From contig JADJHE010000008.1 of the NCBI GenBank assembly GCA_016707685.1, positions 31,300 through 95,299 of the forward strand: a stretch of DNA of 64,000 nucleotides, read 5' to 3'. Source of the DNA: Bacteroidota bacterium (GTDB lineage Bacteria; Bacteroidota; Bacteroidia; 2-12-FULL-35-15). Positions 1-10,600 of the stretch are shown piece after piece. A model generated the notes under the pieces. It was not told the origin of the DNA and ran no database searches. It worked only from the letters and a program-made list of their open reading frames with translations. How positions within the stretch are numbered: position 1 is the stretch's first letter; each line of letters starts with the position of its first letter. A program made the translations under genes and the position numbers.

Positions 1-296
1 TTACGTTTCAAGCCTAAAACGTAAGCACTCATGTTATCCATTTTTATGTCTTTTTTATCGGTAAGTGTTACCTTTTCAACATAGTTTACTAAATTTTTTT
101 CCAGCTCTTCAATGGTGTATTTCTTTTTGTCTTTGCTCGTATATTCTCTAAGCGTTAACGACAAATAAATTTCGTCAGGAACAATTTCCATTTCAGCTGT
201 TCCAACAACATTGATGGATTTTTCTTTCGGTGTTTGTGCAAAGCTTGTTGTAACAAAAAGCAATGCTGCGGATAAAAATAAGATTGTTTTTTTCAT
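1..296 (-). CDS. small secreted protein of about 97 aa with a signal peptide. The N-terminal region resembles a SIMPL/DUF541-like fold. Hypothetical.
   Basis: My own minus-strand translation runs from ATG 296..294 to TAA at 3..1: MKKTILFLSAALLFVTTSFAQ... This is a typical Bacteroidetes signal peptide. The ORF track does not list it. Confidence 0.35.
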   Translation of the reverse strand, partial: MKKTILFLSAALLFVTTSFAQTPKEKSINVVGTAEMEIVPDEIYLSLTLREYTSKDKKKYTIEELEKNLVNYVEKVTLTDKKDIKMDNMSAYVLGLKR

Positions 297-320
297 ATGA
301 TTTGTTTTATAGTTAATTCG

Positions 321-1109
321 TTAATACCAATTTGTAATGTCATGTTGTGCTTCTAAATTGTTTTCGATTGCATCTGGAAGCAAAGGAAAAAAGTTAATTC
401 CTGTTAATTTTTCGACTGAATCGATGCTAACAACGAATTCAGAAAGTTCTTTTTTGGAACCTTCATTTGGTAAAACAAAAGCGATGGCTTTATAGTCTGG
501 TTTTTTAACATCCAAAATTACTTTGTAATAAAAATTTGGTATGCTTACCTTGTTTTCTCCAATGGTTTCGGGGCGGACATTCGTTAATACACCTGCTGTT
601 ACAATGTAAATTTCTTCATTTTTTTTAGCCCATTCACGGACTTCACCTTCTAGCTTTTTCCAGATACCACGATTAAATTTTGGTTCTTGTGGACTCATGT
701 TGCTCATGTAAAAAGATTCACTCATCGTAATCTCATTCCAAGCCATATCACCTGCTGGACAAAGGTGTCCTCGATCAAAATTTGTTTTTTTATAATCGTC
801 TGGTATTGCTGATTTTGTTTTTACAAGCGGATCTTCTCTAAAATTATCAGTTCGTTCTTCGTCATTGTTATTGCACATTTCGGAGCTTAATCGGTAAGCA
901 ACCCAAAGCGCTTGCTCGTGTTCTTCGGAATAGCAAAGTGCAAAAGCAGTATGCTTAATTAGTTGATCTTTTTTTGATGATTTTGGATAGAAGTTTGTTG
1001 CAAAATTTTTAGGAATCGCTTTTTCTTTCGGCTTTTCAATTGCATTTGGTGCTTGTATTCCTACAAGCATAAAACAAAGAATAGAAATAAGCAGTGTTCT
1101 TAAAAACAT
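321..1109 (-). CDS. secreted DNA/RNA non-specific endonuclease of the Serratia NUC / EndoG family
   Basis: The FDRGHLCPAGDM motif is the DRGH active-site signature of Endonuclease_NS. The internal Met MFLRTLLISILCF starts a signal peptide, so the start is probably at 1109, not 1172. Confidence 0.8.
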   Translation of the reverse strand: MFLRTLLISILCFMLVGIQAPNAIEKPKEKAIPKNFATNFYPKSSKKDQLIKHTAFALCYSEEHEQALWVAYRLSSEMCNNNDEERTDNFREDPLVKTKSAIPDDYKKTNFDRGHLCPAGDMAWNEITMSESFYMSNMSPQEPKFNRGIWKKLEGEVREWAKKNEEIYIVTAGVLTNVRPETIGENKVSIPNFYYKVILDVKKPDYKAIAFVLPNEGSKKELSEFVVSIDSVEKLTGINFFPLLPDAIENNLEAQHDITNWY

Positions 1110-1141
1110 AGTATCTTTATGAGAAGTAAATATAAAACAAA

Positions 1142-1636
1142 ATGAAGACACTTTTCCTTGTTCGTCATGCAAAATCGGAATGGGCTAACGAAAACCTTGC
1201 AGATATTGACCGTCCACTGAACGCTCGAGGTTATAAAGACGCTCATTTTATGAGCGAACAAATGAAAAAAAACAAATTGATTCCCGACTTAATGATTGCT
1301 AGTCCGGCAATACGTGCAACTAGTACAGCACTTATTTTTGCTCGAAATTTGAATTATGATTGTGCTGCAATACGGTTAAAAAAGATGCTCTATGAAACAA
1401 CTGAAAAAGAGTATTTGAAAATTATCTCGGAAACAGAGAACTCTAAAAATTCGTTGATGCTATTTGCACACAATCCCACACTAACCATGTTATCGAATCG
1501 TTTAACTAAACCGTTTACCGAAAATATTCCAACTTGTGGTATTGTGGGAATTAGATTTAAAATAAATGAATGGAAAGAAATAATGACAGCTACGGGAGAA
1601 TTGTTTCTGTATGATTTTCCTAAGAAAGGGGGCTAA
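1142..1636 (+). CDS. histidine phosphatase superfamily protein. SixA-like phosphohistidine phosphatase or PGAM-like.
   Basis: N-terminal LFLVRHAKSEW, a variant of the RHG catalytic motif. Length of about 164 aa is typical of SixA. Confidence 0.65.
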   Translation: MKTLFLVRHAKSEWANENLADIDRPLNARGYKDAHFMSEQMKKNKLIPDLMIASPAIRATSTALIFARNLNYDCAAIRLKKMLYETTEKEYLKIISETENSKNSLMLFAHNPTLTMLSNRLTKPFTENIPTCGIVGIRFKINEWKEIMTATGELFLYDFPKKGG

Positions 1637-2640
1637 CTATATTTTTCAATTGCTTCCCCAATCATTTTCCCTTCAATTAAAAAACCATCATGTCCGGACG
1701 GAGAATCAATTTCAATAAAGTGTGAATTAGGAATATGTGCCGCCATGAATTTTTGTTCCGCAACTGGGCAGAGGTGATCGCTACTGATTCCAATAATGAT
1801 TGTTTTTGTTTTAATGCTTGCCAAGGCTTCGACTACGCTTCCTCTGTTTCTTCCAACATTATGCGAGTCCATAGCTTTGGTTAAAATCCAATAGCTGTAT
1901 GCATTAAATCGTTTTACTAATTTTTCACCTTGGTAATTGATGTAGGAACTTGCTTTAAAATTATCGAGCTTATGCTCTTCATCCGTCTGGGTTTTCACAA
2001 ATGCATCGTATGTTCTATACGTTAACATGCCAATAGCGCGAGCAGCCTTTAAGCCAGTAGCACCAGCTGTTGGATGATGTTCTTTCCACGTTAAATCGGT
2101 TTCGATTGCTAAGCGTTGCGATGTGTGAATAGCAATTCCCCAAGCAGATTCTTGCGGGCTAGTAGCCACCAACACTTGTTTTTCGAAAATTGTTGGTTCC
2201 GCCAATACCCATTCCAAAGCTTGATAGCCACCCATTGAACCACCAACAATGGTATTCACTTTTTCTATTCCTAAATGTTTGCGAAGGATGATGTGAGCTT
2301 GTACCATATCGCGAATGGTAACATTCGGGAATGAACTAAAAAAAGGTTTTTGTGTTTCTGAATTGATGGTTAATGGTCCGCTAGAACCATAGCACGAACC
2401 AAGAATATTTGCACAAATAATAAAGTATTTTGTGGGATCGTATGTTTTTCCTTCACCAACCAATGAATCCCACCAATCGGCAACATCACTATTTGCGGTG
2501 AGTGCATGACAAAACCATACAACATTACTTTTGTCTGCATTTAATTTCCCATAGGTATGGTATACAATATCTAGCGAAGGAAGCGACTGCCCATTCTCAA
2601 GTTTTAATGCAAGACGATATGTAAAAAAGTGTTTGTTCAT
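1633..2640 (-). CDS. metX: homoserine O-acetyltransferase MetX, alpha/beta hydrolase fold
   Basis: The nucleophile-elbow motif GGSMGGYQALEW and the overall MetX-like sequence. The start was moved to the internal MNKHFF at 2640. The N-terminal 60 aa of the track ORF look non-coding. Confidence 0.8.
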   Translation of the reverse strand: MNKHFFTYRLALKLENGQSLPSLDIVYHTYGKLNADKSNVVWFCHALTANSDVADWWDSLVGEGKTYDPTKYFIICANILGSCYGSSGPLTINSETQKPFFSSFPNVTIRDMVQAHIILRKHLGIEKVNTIVGGSMGGYQALEWVLAEPTIFEKQVLVATSPQESAWGIAIHTSQRLAIETDLTWKEHHPTAGATGLKAARAIGMLTYRTYDAFVKTQTDEEHKLDNFKASSYINYQGEKLVKRFNAYSYWILTKAMDSHNVGRNRGSVVEALASIKTKTIIIGISSDHLCPVAEQKFMAAHIPNSHFIEIDSPSGHDGFLIEGKMIGEAIEKYS

Positions 2641-2747
2641 GTTAGCATTCTCAAATCTCCAGTAATAGCTATCAGTAAAGATTATCGTCACAAAACTAAA
2701 CAAAATTTCCTGCAATTGAGTACCTTTGAAATCTATAAAATAAAAAT

Positions 2748-3167
2748 ATGCGCATAGAACTAAAACGATTAGACGATGCTTTTCACTTTGAAGCAAAAAG
2801 TGAAACAGGAAACATTGCACACATGGATGCAGGTGAAAACATTGGTGGACACAACAAAGGTGTTCGTCCGATGCAAATGTTACTAATGGGAATAGGTGGT
2901 TGTAGCGCTATTGATATTGTATTGATTTTAAAAAAACAAAAACAAGTAATCGAAGATTTCGAAATTAGCATTGATGGTGAGCGTGAAGAAGGAAAGGAGC
3001 CATCGCTTTGGAAAACGGTTGTAGTTCATTTCAAATTAAAAGGTCAGATTGATAAAGAAAAAGCAGAGCGTGCTGTTCAATTATCGATGGAAAAATATTG
3101 CTCTGTTTCTAAAACATTAGAAATAGCAGGAGCAAACATTACGTATAAAGTTTCAGTTAACGAATAG
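2748..3167 (+). CDS. OsmC/Ohr family peroxiredoxin-like protein
   Basis: Length is 139 aa. The conserved GGCSAIDI cysteine region is typical of OsmC-like proteins. Confidence 0.7.
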   Translation: MRIELKRLDDAFHFEAKSETGNIAHMDAGENIGGHNKGVRPMQMLLMGIGGCSAIDIVLILKKQKQVIEDFEISIDGEREEGKEPSLWKTVVVHFKLKGQIDKEKAERAVQLSMEKYCSVSKTLEIAGANITYKVSVNE

Positions 3168-3173
3168 CAAATC

Positions 3174-4343
3174 ATGAAAAAATTTGAAACCAATGCGATT
3201 CGCACACAAGCGGATAGAACAGCTAACAGAGAGCATTCTGTTCCAATGTATCTAACATCGAGTTTTACATTTGATGATGCAGAACAAATGCGTGCCATGT
3301 TTGCTGATGAATTGGAAGGAAATATTTACAGTCGTTTTACGAACCCAAACTCAACAGAGTTGGTTGATAAAATGTGTTTATTAGAAGGTGCCGAAGCGGG
3401 TTATGCTACAGCGTCAGGTATGTCGGCTATTTTTGCAAGCTTTATGGCTTTGCTAAAAAGTGGAGATCACATTTTAGCATCAAGTTCTATTTTCGGATCA
3501 ACACATACCGTCCTTTCTAAAATATTACCGAAGTATGGTATTGAACATACCTATGCAGATGTGAATAAACCGGAAACATGGGAAGGTTTGATTCAGAAAA
3601 ACACAAAAATGATTTTTGTTGAAACACCTTCCAATCCAGGATTGGATATTATTGATTTGGATTGGTTAGGAAAATTAGCAAACAAACACAACGTCATTTT
3701 AAATGTTGACAATTGTTTTGCAACACCATTTATTCAACGTCCTATCGAGTTTGGAGCCCATCTGGTTACACATTCTGCTACCAAATACATTGATGGGCAG
3801 GGGCGCGTGTTGGGAGGATTGGTTTTAGGTAAAAAAGAATTGATAAAAGAAATTTATACCTTTTGTCGCAGTACAGGGCCTTCATTATCACCTTTTAATG
3901 CATGGACGCTATCAAAAAGTTTAGAGACTTTGGCTTTGCGTATGGAACGCCATTCACAAAATGCACACAAGCTGGCTATGCTATTGGAAAATCATCCTGA
4001 TGTAAAACAAGTGCGCTATCCTTTTTTATTATCACACCCTCAATTTGAAATAGCGAAAAAGCAAATGACTATGGGTGGAGGTATTGTTACCTTCGAAATA
4101 CAAGGAGGTATAGAACGGGGAAGAAGATTTTTAGACGCCTTACAAATGTGTTCTTTAACAGCAAATTTGGGAGATACACGAACACTTGCAACACATCCCG
4201 CATCAACAACACATGCAAAGCTTACCGAAGAAGAACGATTATCGGTAGGCATAACTGATGGCTTGGTCCGAATTTCGGTTGGACTTGAAAACATTATTGA
4301 TATTATTGCAGACATAGAGCAAGCATTAACTAAATCGAAATAA
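3174..4343 (+). CDS. Cys/Met-metabolism PLP-dependent enzyme. O-acetyl/succinyl-homoserine sulfhydrylase or cystathionine gamma-synthase family.
   Basis: The PLP-lysine motif [10 protein letters not shown] is present. Length is 389 aa. The gene is adjacent to metX. Confidence 0.8.
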   Translation: MKKFETNAIRTQADRTANREHSVPMYLTSSFTFDDAEQMRAMFADELEGNIYSRFTNPNSTELVDKMCLLEGAEAGYATASGMSAIFASFMALLKSGDHILASSSIFGSTHTVLSKILPKYGIEHTYADVNKPETWEGLIQKNTKMIFVETPSNPGLDIIDLDWLGKLANKHNVILNVDNCFATPFIQRPIEFGAHLVTHSATKYIDGQGRVLGGLVLGKKELIKEIYTFCRSTGPSLSPFNAWTLSKSLETLALRMERHSQNAHKLAMLLENHPDVKQVRYPFLLSHPQFEIAKKQMTMGGGIVTFEIQGGIERGRRFLDALQMCSLTANLGDTRTLATHPASTTHAKLTEEERLSVGITDGLVRISVGLENIIDIIADIEQALTKSK

Positions 4344-4344
4344 G

Positions 4345-7300
4345 TTGAAACAACTATTGAAAATAAAAATAAAAAACATTGCAACAATTGTTGCAATGTT
4401 TTTTTGTTTTCAATTAAGCGCTCAACAAATTAAATTTAATAATATTTCTATTCTGCAAGGACTCTCGCAAAGCACTGTCAATTGTATTCTTCAGGATAAG
4501 AGTGGGTTTATGTGGATTGGCACGCAAGATGGCTTGAACAAATATGATGGCTATACATTCAAATATTATAAACACCTGCCATCCCAACAAAATTCTATTT
4601 CCGATAACTTTATCCAAGCATTGTGTGAAGACAAAAATGGAAACATTTGGATAGGAACTTATGGTGGAGGATTGGATAAATTTAATCCCGTATCTGGAAC
4701 ATTCACATCCTATAAAAATGATAGCAGCAACAAGCAATCGCTAAGCAACAATGTGATAATGAGCATTGCTTGTGACAATAAAAACAACTTGTGGGTTGGG
4801 ACACAAAATGGCCTAAACTATTTTGACACGAGAACAGGGATTGTTGAACGTTTTCAGTATTCAAACAACAATAAACAAAGTATTAGTAGTAACAAAATTA
4901 GTTGTGTTTACATCGATAAAAAAGAACGCGTGTGGGTTGGAACAGCAGATGCAGGCTTTAATTTGTTTGATTCGGATAGAAAACTAATTGCTAAATTTTT
5001 AAACAATCCCAACGATTTAAACTCGGTTGCGAAAAATGTAATTAAAACAATTGTTGAAGATCATAATGGTTCAATTTGGGTGGGTACAGGTGGTGCAGGA
5101 GTTGATTGTTTTAATCCAATCAATTTCAGATTTGAACATTTTCAGAAAGATGAAAAAAATAAAAATACTTTGTCTAGTAATGATGTATGGGTTGTATTTG
5201 AAGATGCCGATTACAATATGTGGTTTGGAACCTATGGCGATGGTCTTTGTAAATATAATACCAAAGAAAAAATATTTAGTCAGTATAAAAACAACGCATC
5301 ACTTTCTGGTTCTTTGAGCAACAACATTGTTATGTGTGCTTTTCAGGACTACAGAGGATTATTTTGGGTTGGAACCTTGGGTGGTGGAGTAGACGTGTTT
5401 GATCCCGTTAAGAAAGGTTTTTTACATTTTAAACATCGACAAGAAGATGAAAATGCATTAAGCGAAAACATGGTGATGTGTTTTTATGAAGATAAAAATA
5501 AAGTCATTTGGATTGGTACGTATGGTGGCGGCTTAAATTTATTTGATCCTAAAACGGAAGCATTTAAAAAATATGTTCACGATGACAAAAACAATAAATC
5601 GATTAGTTCAAACATAATTCGAAGTGTTTTTCGTGATTCGAAAAACAATTTGTGGATAGGGACTTACGGTGGCGGCTTAAATTTATTTAATGAGCAAACA
5701 CAAACATTTACAGCCTACAAACACGAGGATAAAAATTCAACAACAATCAGTAGTGATGATGTTTGGTGTATAAAGGAAGATGCAGATGGAAACCTTTGGT
5801 TGGGAACATGGGGTGGCGGCTTAAATAAGTTTAATGTTCAAACAAAAGAGTTTACTAGTTATAAAAACAATGCATCGAATTTAAATTCGATTAGCAATGA
5901 TCGAGTGATTTCATTGTTAGTTGACAAAGAAGAGAACCTTTGGGTTGGCACAAATGGTGGCGGACTAAATTTATACAACAAAGCAACAAATGCGTTTATA
6001 AAATTTAGATACACAGAAACCGATTCTCAATCAATTTCAAGTGATAGAATTCGATGCATTATTCAAGACAAAGAAAACAATATATGGATAGGAACTGATG
6101 GTGGTGGGTTTAATAAGTATGATTTGAAAACAAAAAAATTCACTCGTTACTCTGAAAAACAAGGGCTGTGCAACAATGTAGTATACGGAATTGTAGAAGA
6201 TGAATATGGTAATATTTGGTTAAGCACAAATGGTGGGGTATCAAAATTTAATAGCAAGAAAAATAATTTTCAAAACTTTGATGTTCGAGATGGCTTGCAG
6301 AGCAATGAGTTTAATCAGGGAGCGTATTTAAAAACAAAAGAAGGTAAAATATATTTTGGAGGCGTAAACGGCTTTAATTCCTTTGAACCATCTTCGATTC
6401 GAAAGAATCCAAATCGACCACCCGTTTATATCACTTCTATTAAATTGTTTAATAACGAAATTACGAAGGATACCGCATCGAGTTATATTAAGTCGCTTGA
6501 CTTAAATTATTCCGACAATTTTTTATCCTTTGAATTTGCAGCGCTTGATTATACAGCACCTGAAAAAAATCAGTATGCATGTAAAATGGAAGGCTTTGAT
6601 AAAGATTGGATAAGCCTTGGTGGCAGACGATTTATAAGTTATACCAATCTTGATCCAGGAAAATATATTTTTAGAGTAAAGGGATCGAATAATGATGGTG
6701 TTTGGAATGAGCAAGGTAATTACATTGTTATTTACATTGCTCCTCCATTTTGGAAAACGTACTGGTTTTATGTTAGTGTGATTTTTTTAATGGCGCTGTT
6801 GGTTTACATCTATATTCGTGTACGAACAAAAAAGCTACAACGCGATAAAGAAGAGCTGGAGCGTGAGGTAAAATCACGTACATCGGAAGTTGTTCTCCAA
6901 AAGGATATTATTGAACGCAAGAACAAAGACATTACCGACAGTATTACGTATGCGCAACGAATTCAGCAAGCAATATTACCAACCGAACAGGTTGTAAAAA
7001 AGTTTTTTCCAAATTCGTTTGTATTGTATAAGCCAAAAGATATTGTAAGTGGCGATTTTTATTGGATGGAGCAGGTGGGGTCACAAAATTTTGTTGCGGC
7101 AGTAGATTGTACTGGTCATGGTGTTCCAGGAGCTTTCATGAGTATTGTAGGATACAACTTACTAAATCAAGCGGTGAATGAACGGGGAATTTATGAGCCG
7201 GCAAAAATTTTGGATGAAATGAACAATGGCTTATCAAAACAGTTGCGTCAACAAGGAGACTCTATGACAGTGCGCGATGGAATGGATTTGTCTCTTTGTT

Positions 7301-7683
7301 CTTTTGATATCAAAACAAACGTTTTGCAATATGCTGGTGCGAATAATTCATTGTGGCTTGTTCGGAACAATGAATTACATATTGTAAAAGCAGATAAATG
7401 TCCGATTGGAACGTATGTAGGAGAAACATTGAAATCATTTACAAATCATTCTATACAACTTCAGGAAGGTGATTTAATCTATTTATTTACGGATGGTTAT
7501 GCAGACCAATTTGGAGGCAAGGATGGTAAAAAATTTAAATACAAACAACTACAGCAAGTAATACTTGAGATGAATGATAAACAAATGGATGTTCAGCTGC
7601 AAGTATTAGAAAATACAATTAATAATTGGAGAGGCGATTTAGAGCAGGTGGATGATATTTTAATTGTTGGCATTAAAGTTTGA
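4345..7683 (+). CDS. membrane sensor: signal peptide, two Reg_prop beta-propellers, Y_Y_Y domain, one TM helix, coiled coil, PP2C/SpoIIE-type Ser/Thr phosphatase domain
   Basis: About 14 repeats fit the W[IV]GT..GGL..[FY]D Reg_prop pattern. A TM helix YWFYVSVIFLMALLVYIYI is present. C-terminal motifs VSGDFYW, DCTGHGVPGAFMS, RDGMD and FTDGYADQFGG match the RsbU/SpoIIE PP2C fold. Confidence 0.85.
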   Translation: MKQLLKIKIKNIATIVAMFFCFQLSAQQIKFNNISILQGLSQSTVNCILQDKSGFMWIGTQDGLNKYDGYTFKYYKHLPSQQNSISDNFIQALCEDKNGNIWIGTYGGGLDKFNPVSGTFTSYKNDSSNKQSLSNNVIMSIACDNKNNLWVGTQNGLNYFDTRTGIVERFQYSNNNKQSISSNKISCVYIDKKERVWVGTADAGFNLFDSDRKLIAKFLNNPNDLNSVAKNVIKTIVEDHNGSIWVGTGGAGVDCFNPINFRFEHFQKDEKNKNTLSSNDVWVVFEDADYNMWFGTYGDGLCKYNTKEKIFSQYKNNASLSGSLSNNIVMCAFQDYRGLFWVGTLGGGVDVFDPVKKGFLHFKHRQEDENALSENMVMCFYEDKNKVIWIGTYGGGLNLFDPKTEAFKKYVHDDKNNKSISSNIIRSVFRDSKNNLWIGTYGGGLNLFNEQTQTFTAYKHEDKNSTTISSDDVWCIKEDADGNLWLGTWGGGLNKFNVQTKEFTSYKNNASNLNSISNDRVISLLVDKEENLWVGTNGGGLNLYNKATNAFIKFRYTETDSQSISSDRIRCIIQDKENNIWIGTDGGGFNKYDLKTKKFTRYSEKQGLCNNVVYGIVEDEYGNIWLSTNGGVSKFNSKKNNFQNFDVRDGLQSNEFNQGAYLKTKEGKIYFGGVNGFNSFEPSSIRKNPNRPPVYITSIKLFNNEITKDTASSYIKSLDLNYSDNFLSFEFAALDYTAPEKNQYACKMEGFDKDWISLGGRRFISYTNLDPGKYIFRVKGSNNDGVWNEQGNYIVIYIAPPFWKTYWFYVSVIFLMALLVYIYIRVRTKKLQRDKEELEREVKSRTSEVVLQKDIIERKNKDITDSITYAQRIQQAILPTEQVVKKFFPNSFVLYKPKDIVSGDFYWMEQVGSQNFVAAVDCTGHGVPGAFMSIVGYNLLNQAVNERGIYEPAKILDEMNNGLSKQLRQQGDSMTVRDGMDLSLCSFDIKTNVLQYAGANNSLWLVRNNELHIVKADKCPIGTYVGETLKSFTNHSIQLQEGDLIYLFTDGYADQFGGKDGKKFKYKQLQQVILEMNDKQMDVQLQVLENTINNWRGDLEQVDDILIVGIKV

Positions 7684-10600
7684 TACCCATAAAAAGTACG
7701 TCATCTATTTGATCGTTTCCTTCTTTCCAACGATTAAAAAAGCGATCAATAATCATACTTTGTTTTTCAATTGGTAATACTTTGATGTCTTCTAATAAAT
7801 CTCTTATTGCAGCAATTTTCAGCTTTTTCCCCGATTCTCCACCAAACTGATCGGGATAACCATCTGTGAAGAAATACAAGAGATCTCCTTGGGCTAATTG
7901 AATATCGGTTGTTTCATATTCATTGGTTTCAGAGACTTCCTTTTTTAAGAGTTTTAATTCATTGTTTTTTGAAACAAACACAGGTCGTTTTGTGGAGCAA
8001 ATTCTGACGAAATAGGTTTCAATGTCAATTTCACAAACAACCAAATCAATACTGTCATTTGTTTGGTCTGGGTCGTCATCGAACTGATGCAAAAGAATTT
8101 TTGTTTCCAACTCAAGCGCTGCTAATGCGTGTGCAGGTGATGTAACCTCAGAGCGGGAAGTAATATCTTTTAACAACGTATTTCCAATCATACTCATAAA
8201 TGCACCTGGAACACCATGACCAGTTGCATCGGCACAAGCAATAATCAATTTATTTCCATACAATTCAAACCAATAAAAATCACCACTCACAATATCTCGA
8301 GGCTGAAAGAAAATAAAGGATTCCGGAAAAACATCTTTTAGTTTATTGATACCAGGTAATATAGCATCTTGTATCCGTTTGGCGTATCGAATACTATCTG
8401 TAATGTCTTTGTTTTTCTTTACAATCTCATCTTTTTGTTCTATTACTTCTCTTGTTTTTTCGTTGATTGTTTTTTGTAATTGTGCTTGAAAAACACGGTG
8501 ATTACGTTCTCGAATTTTGATAATGATAAAAATACCATAAGCAAAAATAAGAATACATATGAGGATAAACCAAGTGCGTTTCCAAAATGGAGGGTTGATA
8601 GTAATATTAACAGCGAAAGGAATTTCCGATGAAACGCCATCATTGTTGTATGCCTTTACTAAAAAGGTATAATTGCCATCCGTGATTTTTCCATATTGCG
8701 CAAAGTTGTTATCACTTTTATCCGACCAGTCTTCATCGAAGCCCTCTAGTTTATACTGATAACTAACATTGGTATTTGCTTTAAAACTAATTCCAATAAA
8801 ATCGAAACGAATTTTATAATTATCGTAATCAAGTACAATGTTTTTTAAGCTGTCAACATCCTTATCATTTAACTTGATGCTACTGATGTTTACGATTGGT
8901 GGAATAAGATTTTTTTTGTCTTTGTGCGGGTCAAATTTTATAGCACCATGTGTTGTTCCAAACCAAGCATTGCCGTATGCGTCTTTCGTTAATGCGTTAT
9001 AGTTACAATCGCCATTTATTCCATCGTTTTTATCATAGCGACTAATCAATCTGTTGCCTGCTTTAACCTTGCTTAATCCGCCTCTGTGACCAATCCAAAT
9101 GTTATTGGATGCATCATTGGTAACGCTATAACAATAGTTTGATTTTAATCCATTTTCTGTAGTTAATCGCTCAATATCGCCCTTTTTATTTACTATAAAA
9201 ACACCACTACCAAAAGTAGGTAACCAAAACCGTCCTTCATAATCTTCAAGAATTCCTGTAATGTTTATTAAGTCATTTCCATAGTATATTTTTTTATTTT
9301 TTACGGCATCGTTTGTATCAATGCTGCTTATAAAATTACTATGGGTTGCTATCCACAAGCGTTTGCTTTTATCCAAATAAAGTTGATTGATATTGTTGTG
9401 TGGTAATCCATTTTCAGTTGTATAGTGTGTGGTTATCTTTTTATCCGAATCCAGCTTAAATACACCCGCTTTCGTTGCCCAAAAAGTAATTTTATCGTAC
9501 CCCGTTACATACGAAATAGAATTACTTAAAGCATCATCATTTAAAAATATTGAACTAAAACGGCCAGTGGTGATATCAAAAATGTAAGCGCCATTTTTTT
9601 CTGTTCCTAAATAAAGTGTATTGTTGTCTTTTTTATAAATAGTAGTTACACGGTCGTCAACAAAACCATTTTTTGAATTATAAAACAGCCACTTTTCTTT
9701 TGAATTCAAATCTATTTTAAGCAATCCATTTTCGGTTCCAAACCATTTAACATCATTAATAAAAATAGAAGTAATGTTATTGGTATAATTTGGGTTTGTG
9801 TGCGAATAGAATGTGAATAGGTTGTCGGTTAGCATCACAGCGCCAGAGCCAAATGTTCCTACCCAAATATTGTCCTCGTGATCGGAATAAATTGTTTTTG
9901 TATAATTATTTCCTAAGCCGTTTGCTTCATTAAAAACAGCAAATTCATTGTAAGATAAGGTGTTTTTAGAAAGTGTTAATTTAACAACACCACTACCAAA
10001 TGTTGCTATCCAAAGATTGGAAACCTTATCTTCAAAAACAGCCTGTATGTTTAAAAGATCGCAACCTTCGGGTGGGTTGATTTTTTTGGTTGTATAGCTA
10101 TGTGCTTTTTTTGCAGATGGGCTAATAAGCATCAATCCCAAATCTTGCGTACCAACCCAAAAACTGGTAGAGTTTATTTTTTTAACAATACAGTTAATTT
10201 TCGTGTTTTCTATTTCACTAAGTGCAGCAATAAATTTTGGTTTTCTATTCTCGCCAACAAGTTCATATATAATCAACCCTTCGGCAGTGCCAACGAGTAA
10301 ATCATTGTTTTTAGAGAGTGCAATCGAGAAAACGTTGTATTGATCAAATTCGATTTTAAAGACTTCTACCTCAAACGATTTGTTAATTCTAAAAATTCCG
10401 TCATTTTGTGTAGCACACCAAATAAAGCCTTTGTCATCGCCAATGATTTGTGTAACTGGGCTTTTAGCAAATCCACTCGTATTAATGGATTTAAAGGTTT
10501 TTCCATCAAAAAAAGTAACGCTACCTTGGTTGTGACCAATCCATAAATTCCTGTTTTTATCTTTATATGTGCTAGTAATGAAGTTGTCGCTTAATCCTTC

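Noticed and set aside
2641-2760. SAM riboswitch or other leader upstream of metX / OsmC-metY
   Set aside because: I could not find the conserved SAM-I or SAM-II sequence blocks by eye. This would need an Infernal scan to be certain.
4040-6714. Short ORFs 4040..4396, 4414..4737, 5051..5317 and 6523..6714 overlapping the PLP enzyme and sensor A
   Set aside because: They are embedded in or antisense to long, well-supported CDSs and have no features of their own.
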